Shown here in pieces: positions 1 to 6,170 of a stretch of 18,809 nt of DNA. Position 1 is the first letter of the stretch. Each line of letters begins with the position of its first letter. The notes beneath the pieces were generated by a model that saw only the letters and a list, made by a program, of their open reading frames with translations, was not told the origin of the DNA and did not search any database. Source of the stretch: Photorhabdus cinerea (lineage in GTDB: Bacteria; Pseudomonadota; Gammaproteobacteria; Enterobacterales; Enterobacteriaceae). The stretch covers positions 1 to 18,809 of the forward strand of contig NZ_PUJW01000039.1 in assembly GCF_011189575.1 (NCBI RefSeq), read 5' to 3'. A program made the translations under genes and the position numbers.

Positions 1-170
1 GGTGAGAGTGAAATAATCCCTGATAGCGGGGTCTTCCAATCTGGGGCTGGCTGCATTAACCAAGCCGGAGGGGGAACCGGCTTCGCCCTGACTACAGGTT
101 GCCGCGATACGCAACCGGCGACGACCATTGACAACATCATTGCGAAGAACGTCGATTTCAGATTTGGCAT
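1..170 (-). CDS. Rz1: o-spanin Rz1 lipoprotein, nested in the +1 frame of Rz (3' end at or just beyond the window edge)
   Basis: The minus-strand ATG at 170 gives MPNLKSTFFAMMLSMVVAGCVSRQPVVRAKPVPPPAWLMQPAPDWKTPLSGIISLS. This is a signal peptide with lipobox VAGC followed by a Pro-rich mature part. PPPAW-MQP-PDW-TPL-GIIS matches lambda Rz1 as recalled. Confidence 0.75.
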   Translation of the reverse strand, partial: MPNLKSTFFAMMLSMVVAGCVSRQPVVRAKPVPPPAWLMQPAPDWKTPLSGIISLS

Positions 171-381
171 TGGCAAGTTCCTGTGTGTGCTTCACATCCA
201 ATTCGTTCAACATGGTAATGTGTGAGTTCTGATAGTCGATAGTGTCTGTGAGTTGCTGAATGTCTTCTTGCTGCTGCTTTGTAACATGACGTTCTCTCTG
301 TAACGCAGAGTGATAGTAATACGCTGTCAGTGAAATAACGATTAGTGCGAGTATCGTGTAGTAATGAGCATTGAATTTCAT
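1..381 (-). CDS. Rz: i-spanin Rz (5' complete, 3' end runs off the window)
   Basis: Not in the ORF track because no stop falls in the window. The minus-strand ATG at 381 overlaps the stop of the upstream gene (ATGA). My translation is MKFNAHYYTILALIVISLTAYYYHSALQRERHVTKQQQEDIQQLTDTIDYQNSHITMLNELDVKHTQELANAKSEIDVLRNDVVNGRRRLRIAATCSQGEAGSPSGLVNAASPRLEDPAIRDYFTLT. It has an N-terminal TM helix followed by a coiled coil. GRRRL, NAASPRL and RDYFTL match lambda Rz as I recall it. Confidence 0.85.
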   Translation of the reverse strand, partial: MKFNAHYYTILALIVISLTAYYYHSALQRERHVTKQQQEDIQQLTDTIDYQNSHITMLNELDVKHTQELANAKSEIDVLRNDVVNGRRRLRIAATCSQGEAGSPSGLVNAASPRLEDPAIRDYFTLT

Positions 382-602
382 GACCGTCTGCCAACAAATT
401 GATTGTATTTCTCGTTTAAAAAACCGAATCCAAAAACAATTGGCATCAAAATAACAAACAGCGGCCACATGAGTGACATAAACATAATTAACCCAAAACT
501 TTCCGGGTCATTAGATCGTTTTTCTATCAATGTAAAAATAATCAATGCCGCAATCACACCGAGAAAATAAATGACTGGAACCAGAATCTGAATAATGCTC
601 AT
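378..602 (-). CDS. Small hydrophobic membrane protein inside the lysis cassette (unknown role)
   Basis: This is track ORF 378..605. The likely ATG is at 602, 8 nt after an AAGGA SD (the track start is GTG at 605). The protein has two or three predicted TM stretches (IIQILVPVIYFLGVIAALIIFTL, LIMFMSLMWPLFVILMPIVFGFGF). Its stop overlaps the Rz start. Confidence 0.6.
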   Translation of the reverse strand: MSIIQILVPVIYFLGVIAALIIFTLIEKRSNDPESFGLIMFMSLMWPLFVILMPIVFGFGFLNEKYNQFVGRRS

Positions 603-613
603 CACTCAATTCC

Positions 614-1033
614 TTATAGCAACTCAAACGCCCGTTCGAACGTCTCCGGTGAATAGGGTTGCTGATTTGCGTTCTCCATCTTGATAATACCTTCAGCTAA
701 AGCGAACAAGGTTATCTTGTCTTGGGTAGATATACGCTCATCCGCAGAGACGCCCACCTTCTTAGCCGCAAACTGAATATAATTTTCCGTATTATTCTCG
801 TGGGGCGGTGCGTAACGATTGATAATCTCTCTGACTGTATTCAGTTTGTGCTTGCGTTGGTAGTTTTGCAGCAATTTGAACAACGCCCGGATACCATACT
901 CCGGCGACTCAAACCGGCAGAACCGAGGTTCAATCGTTGGATCAAGAGGTAATTGACCGAGCCAGTCGTTGAAACGGTTATAGTCAATATTGCCGGGATT
1001 ATTGTTTCGTATGCCCCTGCTTATTATACTCAT
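614..1033 (-). CDS. Probable endolysin (139 aa, GIRNNNPGNI motif family)
   Basis: It sits between the holin and the spanins, and its ATG overlaps the holin stop (ATGA). It is a soluble protein. I recall the RNNNPGNI motif from phage muralytic or virion-associated proteins, but the catalytic family is not established from the sequence alone. Confidence 0.6.
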   Translation of the reverse strand: MSIISRGIRNNNPGNIDYNRFNDWLGQLPLDPTIEPRFCRFESPEYGIRALFKLLQNYQRKHKLNTVREIINRYAPPHENNTENYIQFAAKKVGVSADERISTQDKITLFALAEGIIKMENANQQPYSPETFERAFELL

Positions 1034-1356
1034 TCTTTTATCCCCGCTTTATTACGCAAAGTCCCGCGCATTAATTGGCCGAAAAAATCCGTTCCCAGAT
1101 AGCCAATAATCACGCTGCCGATATAAGCCAGATCCGTACTCAGATTTAAGAAGACGAGCAAGTCACGAATAAACCATGCAATAAGTGCACACATCAGCGC
1201 GTCAATCATCGTCTTCCAGAACTTACCGCCGTTATATCGGCCTCTGAGGTAAGCCATTGTTGCAGCCAGTGCCGCCCCTAAACCTTGTTCTTTGACTGAT
1301 AACAGCCATAACCATAGCTGCATCCAGATGTCAGGCTGCTTGTCCATGAGTTTCAT
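1030..1356 (-). CDS. S: Class I holin, lambda S family, with a dual-start motif
   Basis: [69 protein letters not shown] aligns closely with lambda S ([23 protein letters not shown]...[12 protein letters not shown]...). A GGGGGTGG SD precedes M-K-L-M, with Met codons at 1356 and 1347. The track start at 1368 lies inside that SD. Confidence 0.9.
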   Translation of the reverse strand: [108 protein letters not shown]

Positions 1357-1476
1357 ATCCACCCCCATAAAATGGGCGTCCGTGGGGTGAACTATGTTAC
1401 CCCTGTGAGTTGTAGTTAATTAAAGACGCCAACCGCAACAAAGATTGGAGTGTTGAGACGTTGCGGCGGCGAAATG

Positions 1477-1496
1477 AAAAACCCGCCGAAGCGGGT
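1477..1496 (-). terminator. Rho-independent terminator after the P63C gene
   Basis: The minus strand reads ACCCGC-TTCG-GCGGGT followed by TTTTT. Confidence 0.75.
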
Positions 1497-1526
1497 CGTG
1501 ATGCTGATAAAGCGCCAAGGGCTAGG

Positions 1527-2480
1527 TTACTCTTTATTCATTCCATCATCTTGTTCTGTTTCTAAAATTAATTTCGGATGAACGGTGTCAACTAAGTCAT
1601 AAAATTGCTCAGGGGTTTTTGATATTTTAAGCAAAGTGACAATAGATGCTAAGTGCTCTCTGAGTTTTGGGTGCCCAATATCATCAGTTAGCCACTGGTG
1701 TAATTTTGCTTTTCTCTCTGATTGAGAAGCCGCTTTTTTTAATTCAGGTAATAAATCGGGGGCTAGTCGGCTATAAACAACGTTGTTTGTGACGGTGCCA
1801 ATGAAGCTTGGTCTCCAGTTCTTCTTTCCCGCAGGAGGGTAATCAAGACCGTAAATTCTGAAAAGCCCTTCGTAATAATCTACTGGGAAAGTGCTTACCC
1901 AAGGTTTCAGTTCCTTAGCTACAAATGCTTCTAAAATTTTAGCCAGAGCATCACGTTCTCGATCTCTTTGATAACCAGTAGCTTCATCAACAAGTGCTAT
2001 TGCTCCAACCCTTGCAAGCGCTTTATAAAGTGCATTGGCTTTTATAGCTGTATTAATATGATTTCTTTGTTTTAATACACCCGCTTTATCCGCCTCTATC
2101 CATACCTCACATATCGCAGGTAAAAGTGTGACATCAACACCGTAAGCAGCACCACCTCCCGTTCTATAAACAATTGGCTCTGCTAATTCTCTCCTTAAAT
2201 CATCTGGAATGAACTCATCTAATTCGCCAGCTTGAAGAACGTAAGGAAGTTGTCCGGGTCTTCCATTTGGAATCCATCTAGGCATTTTGGAGCCAATGGA
2301 AACACCAAACGTTTCAGCAAGTCCCCCAGTACCCTGCATAGAAATAACCCTTTTGCCATCGGGCAGTACGGCACATTGAACACCATTTGCTGCCATTACC
2401 CCAGTATGAGTGGCTTTTGGTGCTCCACGGATAATAGCGGACATAGCTGATGCTTTACGTGCTCTTTCTTTTGTGTTCAT
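1527..2480 (-). CDS. P63C-domain protein (moron between Q and the holin)
   Basis: This is a 317-aa ORF. The central and C-terminal region (ALVDEATGYQRDRERDALAKILEAFVAKELKPWVSTFPVDYYEGLFRIYG...WRPSFIGTVTNNVVYSRLAP) matches my recollection of the phage P63C domain family. It has its own AT-rich upstream region and its own terminator. Confidence 0.65.
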   Translation of the reverse strand: MNTKERARKASAMSAIIRGAPKATHTGVMAANGVQCAVLPDGKRVISMQGTGGLAETFGVSIGSKMPRWIPNGRPGQLPYVLQAGELDEFIPDDLRRELAEPIVYRTGGGAAYGVDVTLLPAICEVWIEADKAGVLKQRNHINTAIKANALYKALARVGAIALVDEATGYQRDRERDALAKILEAFVAKELKPWVSTFPVDYYEGLFRIYGLDYPPAGKKNWRPSFIGTVTNNVVYSRLAPDLLPELKKAASQSERKAKLHQWLTDDIGHPKLREHLASIVTLLKISKTPEQFYDLVDTVHPKLILETEQDDGMNKE

Positions 2481-2512
2481 AAAGCGACCTTTTTTTATTA
2501 GTTGAGGCCATA

Positions 2513-2674
2513 TTAGCTTAATGAAAAATAAACATCAAATTATAGCTAAAAATAAAATTAGCTATAAACAATATCATTTTATAAAAAAAATATTTAAATC
2601 ATATGGTTAAATTCATTTAACTCTTAGCAAAAATCTATTTTAGCTAAAAAGTACGCCAATGTTTTGTTTAGCTA
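2513..2674. promoter_or_regulatory. AT-rich control region with six TAGCTA-type palindromic boxes; probable promoter of the P63C gene
   Basis: TAGCT(A/T) boxes lie at 2514-2519, 2543-2548, 2559-2564, 2641-2646 and 2669-2674, with a TAGCAA variant at 2625-2630. A perfect minus-strand TATAAT at 2539-2544 overlaps box 2. Confidence 0.45.
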
Positions 2675-2811
2675 TATTATTGGATCTTTTGGTCATTTTT
2701 TTAATAAAAACACACCGATATGTAACGCAATCATCGCCGAGGTTGTGTCTAGTATTTTTCATCTTCATGTTCCACCCCCGTTGGGGATTAAGATCCCGTT
2801 CAACGGGCGTG

Positions 2812-2841
2812 AAAAGAAAAAGGCCACACCAAAGTGTGACC
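2812..2841 (-). terminator. Rho-independent terminator in the late leader
   Basis: The minus strand reads GGTCACAC-TTTG-GTGTGGCC (one G-U pair) followed by TTTTTCTTTT. Confidence 0.6.
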
Positions 2842-2934
2842 GTAAATTGATGCCAGAATAAGCGACTGGCGGCACATGCCCCTATCTGCTATCGTTAAAT
2901 CGCCAAAAGTAACCATGCAAACGAGGAAAATTAG

Positions 2935-3099
2935 ATGGGAAAAGTAATCAAAACAAATAAGTTTATAGGTGACAGTATGCCACCTGGACTTGCCAGAAAA
3001 ATATACGAGCAAGCCAAACAGCAACCACAACAATCACCAAATAAACCAAATGAACAATCTCCTGCTTCTTCGAGTGGAGGTTCTAGTAAAAACCAGTAA
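2935..3099 (+). CDS. Small hypothetical protein (54 aa), first gene of the antisense cassette
   Basis: It is below the track cutoff. A GAGGA SD lies about 8 nt upstream of the ATG at 2935. The translation is MGKVIKTNKFIGDSMPPGLARKIYEQAKQQPQQSPNKPNEQSPASSSGGSSKNQ, with a low-complexity Q/P/S tail. It ends 16 nt before the next gene. Confidence 0.4.
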   Translation: MGKVIKTNKFIGDSMPPGLARKIYEQAKQQPQQSPNKPNEQSPASSSGGSSKNQ

Positions 3100-3115
3100 A
3101 AAATAAGGATAATTT

Positions 3116-3562
3116 ATGAGCCGAGAAAACCTGCTATATCTAATCTACTATTCATACCAGCTTCACATGATGTTTAGTGTATTACTCGGTAGAATAGATA
3201 AAGTACTTTCATTTTTTCTACTCTTACTCGGCTCGTCCGTTATTGGTAACCTTGGGAATCAGGTCATTATCGGTATTGCAATAGCAGCCATTACTGCGCT
3301 TAGGATGGCATTTTCATTTGAGAAAACAGCCGAATCAGCCAGAAAACAATCTATACGCTATCTAAACCTATATACCATTCACGCTCTTACTGCTCCTGAA
3401 CAGGAGTTAGCAAACTATGTTTCCGACATGCAAAATGACGATCATATTGTTTGGAGTCCTTTAGTTAATCCGGCAGACATAATCACAAGAAAACATCTTG
3501 GTGAGCCAGTAGACATAAAACTTACCCGTTGGGAAAGATTTATGTCATGCATAGCCAGATAG
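3116..3562 (+). CDS. Two-TM membrane protein, SLATT-like architecture (148 aa)
   Basis: An AAGGA SD precedes the start. The layout is an N-terminal helix, two adjacent TM helices (VLSFFLLLLGSSVIGNL and VIIGIAIAAITALRMAF), then a helical cytoplasmic tail (FEKTAESARKQSIRYLNLY...). This resembles SLATT 2TM effector domains as I recall them, but the family assignment is unverified. Confidence 0.6.
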   Translation: MSRENLLYLIYYSYQLHMMFSVLLGRIDKVLSFFLLLLGSSVIGNLGNQVIIGIAIAAITALRMAFSFEKTAESARKQSIRYLNLYTIHALTAPEQELANYVSDMQNDDHIVWSPLVNPADIITRKHLGEPVDIKLTRWERFMSCIAR

Positions 3563-3588
3563 TGAATAAACCATTCTGTTTATTCAAA

Positions 3589-3613
3589 TAAAAAGGCTAC
3601 GCATTGCGTAGCC
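3589..3613 (-). terminator. tR'-like terminator of the short pR' transcript (hairpin also abuts the 3' end of the plus-strand cassette)
   Basis: There is a perfect 9-bp inverted repeat, GGCTACGCA-T-TGCGTAGCC. A U-tract (TTTTTATTT) follows it only on the minus strand. It lies about 160 nt downstream of the predicted pR' start. Confidence 0.7.
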
Positions 3614-3689
3614 CGGAATTGATGCCACATCAGCCATTAGACAGACTGAAACTTTTATCTGAGAACGGGGGATGTGGGCTTTATATATG

Positions 3690-3711
3690 AAAAAACCCCG
3701 AGGAAACGAGG
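3690..3711 (-). terminator. Candidate early terminator downstream of pR'
   Basis: The minus strand reads CCTCG-TTTCCT-CGGGG followed by TTTTTT. The stem needs a G-U pair, so it can form only in the minus-strand RNA. The stem is short. Confidence 0.4.
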
Positions 3712-3737
3712 CTTAGGATTCTTTTGCTTTCAACGAA

Positions 3738-3790
3738 GTGCAATAACCCATCGTTGGGATAACGATAGGCCATTTTTCCGAAATCGTCAA
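3738..3790 (-). promoter_or_regulatory. Late promoter pR' with a promoter-proximal pause / qut-like region
   Basis: The minus strand reads TTGACG (3790-3785), a 17-nt spacer, TATCGT (3767-3762), 6 nt, then AACGATGGGTTATTGCAC. Lambda pR', as I recall it, reads TAAATT, 6 nt, then AACGATGGGTTAATTCG, which is the same spacing and a near-identical initial transcribed sequence. The site lies 25 nt after the Q stop. Confidence 0.65.
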
Positions 3791-3814
3791 TATATATTTT
3801 TCACAAAATAACAA

Positions 3815-4630
3815 TTAAAAAGAAATAAATTCTCTCTTTGTTAATTCTGATAAAATATAATCAGCACATTCCTCCTCTTTAAAGCATTCACTTACTAACC
3901 GTTCAAACAATGGTTGATATTTGTCATAGCAGGTTGTTTTAGATATCCCTGTTAGTGGCTTTATTACTTCAAAGACTTCTGTAAATTTCAGTCTTGAATA
4001 TCCACGCCCTGAGCATTTAGGACATACTTTGTAAATCGGTACACTTTGCAACTTGGTCTGCTTTTCATCCAGAACTTGCCCACGTCCATTACAGCGACAA
4101 GAATGACTCACAGTACCCTTCCCTTTGCAAGACCTGCAAAGCACTCTACATGTTTCTTCTACCTCCCGAATTGAGGTAATAAAACGCTTAGGTTTTATGT
4201 TTAATGCCTTAGCAAGCATTCCTTCACTACTTCCGTATTTTGTAGTGAACTTACGAACGGAGATAAACCCACCTTCACAATCAGAACACGGCTTCTTGCT
4301 GGCGGCACTTCTCGCATAATCCTGAAATGCATAATTTGCGAGTAATTGCAGAACATTTTGCTTAACATTCTCATCAAGCTTATCAATGGCACTGTGTTTG
4401 TGAACCTGAGTCAGTGCATATTGATAGAGACTCTCCACCGCTTCATCTGAGCTATTGATCCCCTGTTTCGCCAAAAACAGTTCAATACCAAGCCTCGCTT
4501 TTGCGGACGCCAACCCTAGCGCGGCCATCACATCGGTAATTGAGAATGAATCAGTAGCAGTTGCGGCTGGAGAGTCACTAAACATGATCCCTTTGGGTGA
4601 AAAATACTTCGGTAGTAATTCAAGGTTCAT
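3815..4630 (-). CDS. Q: Late-gene antiterminator Q (long, zinc-finger type)
   Basis: The N-terminus MNLELLPKYFSPKG...ITDVMAA...LFLAK and ANYAFQDYARSAASK resemble phage-82-type Q proteins as recalled. It has four Cys pairs: CSDCEGG, CRSCKGKG, CRCNGRG and CPKCSGRG. The likely start is the ATG at 4630, after a GAGGTGG SD, because the track start at 4660 adds 10 implausible residues. Its position between the nin region and pR' is as expected. Confidence 0.85.
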   Translation of the reverse strand: MNLELLPKYFSPKGIMFSDSPAATATDSFSITDVMAALGLASAKARLGIELFLAKQGINSSDEAVESLYQYALTQVHKHSAIDKLDENVKQNVLQLLANYAFQDYARSAASKKPCSDCEGGFISVRKFTTKYGSSEGMLAKALNIKPKRFITSIREVEETCRVLCRSCKGKGTVSHSCRCNGRGQVLDEKQTKLQSVPIYKVCPKCSGRGYSRLKFTEVFEVIKPLTGISKTTCYDKYQPLFERLVSECFKEEECADYILSELTKREFISF

Positions 4631-4833
4631 TTTCCCACCTCTAATAAAACTGAATGACATTTGTCATACTTAGTTGAAAACATGACTGAGTGTTTTTTGC
4701 CCCTGACTCTCCGATCATGAATAACTTTCAGTGAACCATATTTGCATTGCAAAACAGCAAATGACCTGCCTGTGATTCCACTTCTGAAGCGAGCATCTTC
4801 TATCGCTGCTTCAATATCAGTGAAGATTGTCAT
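4627..4833 (-). CDS. Hypothetical nin-region protein (68 aa)
   Basis: An AGGAG SD lies 9 nt upstream. The stop overlaps the Q start (ATGA) and the start overlaps the ninG end, so it is packed within the operon. I recognise no family. Confidence 0.55.
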   Translation of the reverse strand: MTIFTDIEAAIEDARFRSGITGRSFAVLQCKYGSLKVIHDRRVRGKKHSVMFSTKYDKCHSVLLEVGK

Positions 4834-5416
4834 TGCTTAAGCTCCTGAGCTTCTCTTTGTAGTAATCGCGGATCTGCTCGTAATCATCACGTTTCCATTT
4901 CGGCAAAGCATGATGAGACATCAATCTGTTGAATCGCTCTTGCCCAATTTTCTCAATCAGACAAGGTTTATAATTAATTATATTTCCCGATAAGTGATTA
5001 TTACAGGGGGCGCATTGCTTATGAACATTATCTTCATCAAATCTCAATTCTGGATGAGCTTTAATTGTTAGATAATGCCCTGCGTGATATTGCCCATTAT
5101 GAAATCTCCCACAACTAATACATGGCTGGTACTTATCTCTTTCTCTGATAAATGCATTAAACGCCTGCTGTGCCTGATTTCTAAAATAAGAGAGTGGCTT
5201 TACTGCTAACTTGCGTGCTTTAAGTTTATCTTTTTTCTCTGCTAATTCTTGTTGCTGTTTCTTTTTAAGTTCCCGCTCTGCTTTATCTCTGTCTCTATTC
5301 CGCTTCTTAATTGCTAATTCCGCGCCATGTTCTGGATTACACCAATAAATATTCGAATACTTTGGCATAAACCATTCGCAACATATTTTACACTTTCTCC
5401 TCACCGGCTTTTTCAT
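4817..5416 (-). CDS. ninG: NinG/Rap recombination endonuclease
   Basis: [40 protein letters not shown]...AGHY...[20 protein letters not shown] closely parallels lambda NinG ([40 protein letters not shown]...). Confidence 0.9.
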   Translation of the reverse strand: [199 protein letters not shown]

Positions 5417-5427
5417 TATTCCAGCTC

Positions 5428-5526
5428 CTAGATTTCTTGAATTTCAGATAATCCTATAATTTCAGGCGTGGTGAATAGACCAACCTCTAAATCACCGTCT
5501 ATCATTCTGATTATCCAGTCTTTCAT
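5428..5526 (-). CDS. Possible small nin ORF (32 aa)
   Basis: MKDWIIRMIDGDLEVGLFTTPEIIGLSEIQEI. Its ATG overlaps the ninB stop (TAATG), and it fills the ninB-ninG gap. The support is positional only. Confidence 0.3.
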   Translation of the reverse strand: MKDWIIRMIDGDLEVGLFTTPEIIGLSEIQEI

Positions 5527-5969
5527 TATTTATCTTGCTCCTGTTTTAATTTCATATATTCGCTATTTGCCGGGATAGTCACGAAACAACCAATACTCAC
5601 AGCCCATTGCTCAACTCTTTCCATAAACTGAAACATATCCCCTGTGTCGAGTTTTGATGTCCGCTTAAGCGTCCTGACACGCTCTGTAAGCTGCGTAGTG
5701 ACATCCATTATCTCGATAACTTCATAGCCTAGGAATGTGTGTTTCAACATTTCCTTAACTTCTTCCAGTGAATATTTAGCGCCATTAGCACACAAATAAC
5801 GACTTATCTCACCAAACCACAAATGTGCCGTGGCATTTTGAGATAATGAGCGTTTATTTTTCCAAGGTTTAATGATAATTCGATGCGGTTGTTTCGTTTG
5901 AAGTGTTTCTTTCAATATTTCCCATGCCTGAGATTTATTTGATTCATGAAAACAAAAATCAGCTTCCAT
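5526..5969 (-). CDS. ninB: NinB/Orf-family recombination mediator
   Basis: The 147-aa length and KNKRSLSQNATAHLWFGEIS parallel lambda NinB (ERNRSLDQNRKLWACLGDVS). The nin-region position is as expected. Confidence 0.8.
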   Translation of the reverse strand: MEADFCFHESNKSQAWEILKETLQTKQPHRIIIKPWKNKRSLSQNATAHLWFGEISRYLCANGAKYSLEEVKEMLKHTFLGYEVIEIMDVTTQLTERVRTLKRTSKLDTGDMFQFMERVEQWAVSIGCFVTIPANSEYMKLKQEQDK

Positions 5970-6170
5970 TTATCCCCCATTATTTACTTTCTTATTCCAT
6001 GCGATCTCTGATTCTTCTAGCGTTGGATATGATTGGCTTTCATTTTGACAGCGACGGCATTTGTGATAATGCCACCTGCCTTTACTTTCATCGTTATAAT
6101 CACGCAGCACCCAGCAATTGATAGCTTTACCGCCACATTTACATGGTAGAAATGTTCTTTCTTCACTCAT
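5970..6170 (-). CDS. Lar-family-like small zinc-ribbon protein (divergent paralogue)
   Basis: It has LPCKCGGKA, then KCRRCQ, and the same WNK(K/R)VNN C-terminus as the upstream gene. The first Cys motif is degenerate relative to PCPFCG. Confidence 0.55.
   Translation of the reverse strand: MSEERTFLPCKCGGKAINCWVLRDYNDESKGRWHYHKCRRCQNESQSYPTLEESEIAWNKKVNNGG

Noticed and set aside
158-397. Track ORF of 79 aa on the minus strand
   Set aside because: It is the wrong frame over the Rz/Rz1 genes. Its composition (His/Cys/Thr/Arg-rich) is unlike a real protein, and the other two frames give clear spanin homologues.
2659-3033. Three overlapping track ORFs (2659-2850 +, 2664-2861 +, 2800-3033 -)
   Set aside because: They run across the hairpin/terminator cluster and the AT-rich control region, lack SD sequences and have implausible composition. 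The 2800-3033 ORF is antisense to the better-supported 54-aa gene.
2481-3815. Search for tRNA genes or toxin cargo (Stx-like) in the Q-to-holin region
   Set aside because: I saw no cloverleaf-compatible sequence (no GTTCGAATC-type T-arm with matching acceptor stems) and no A/B-toxin-like ORFs. The hairpins present are better explained as terminators.
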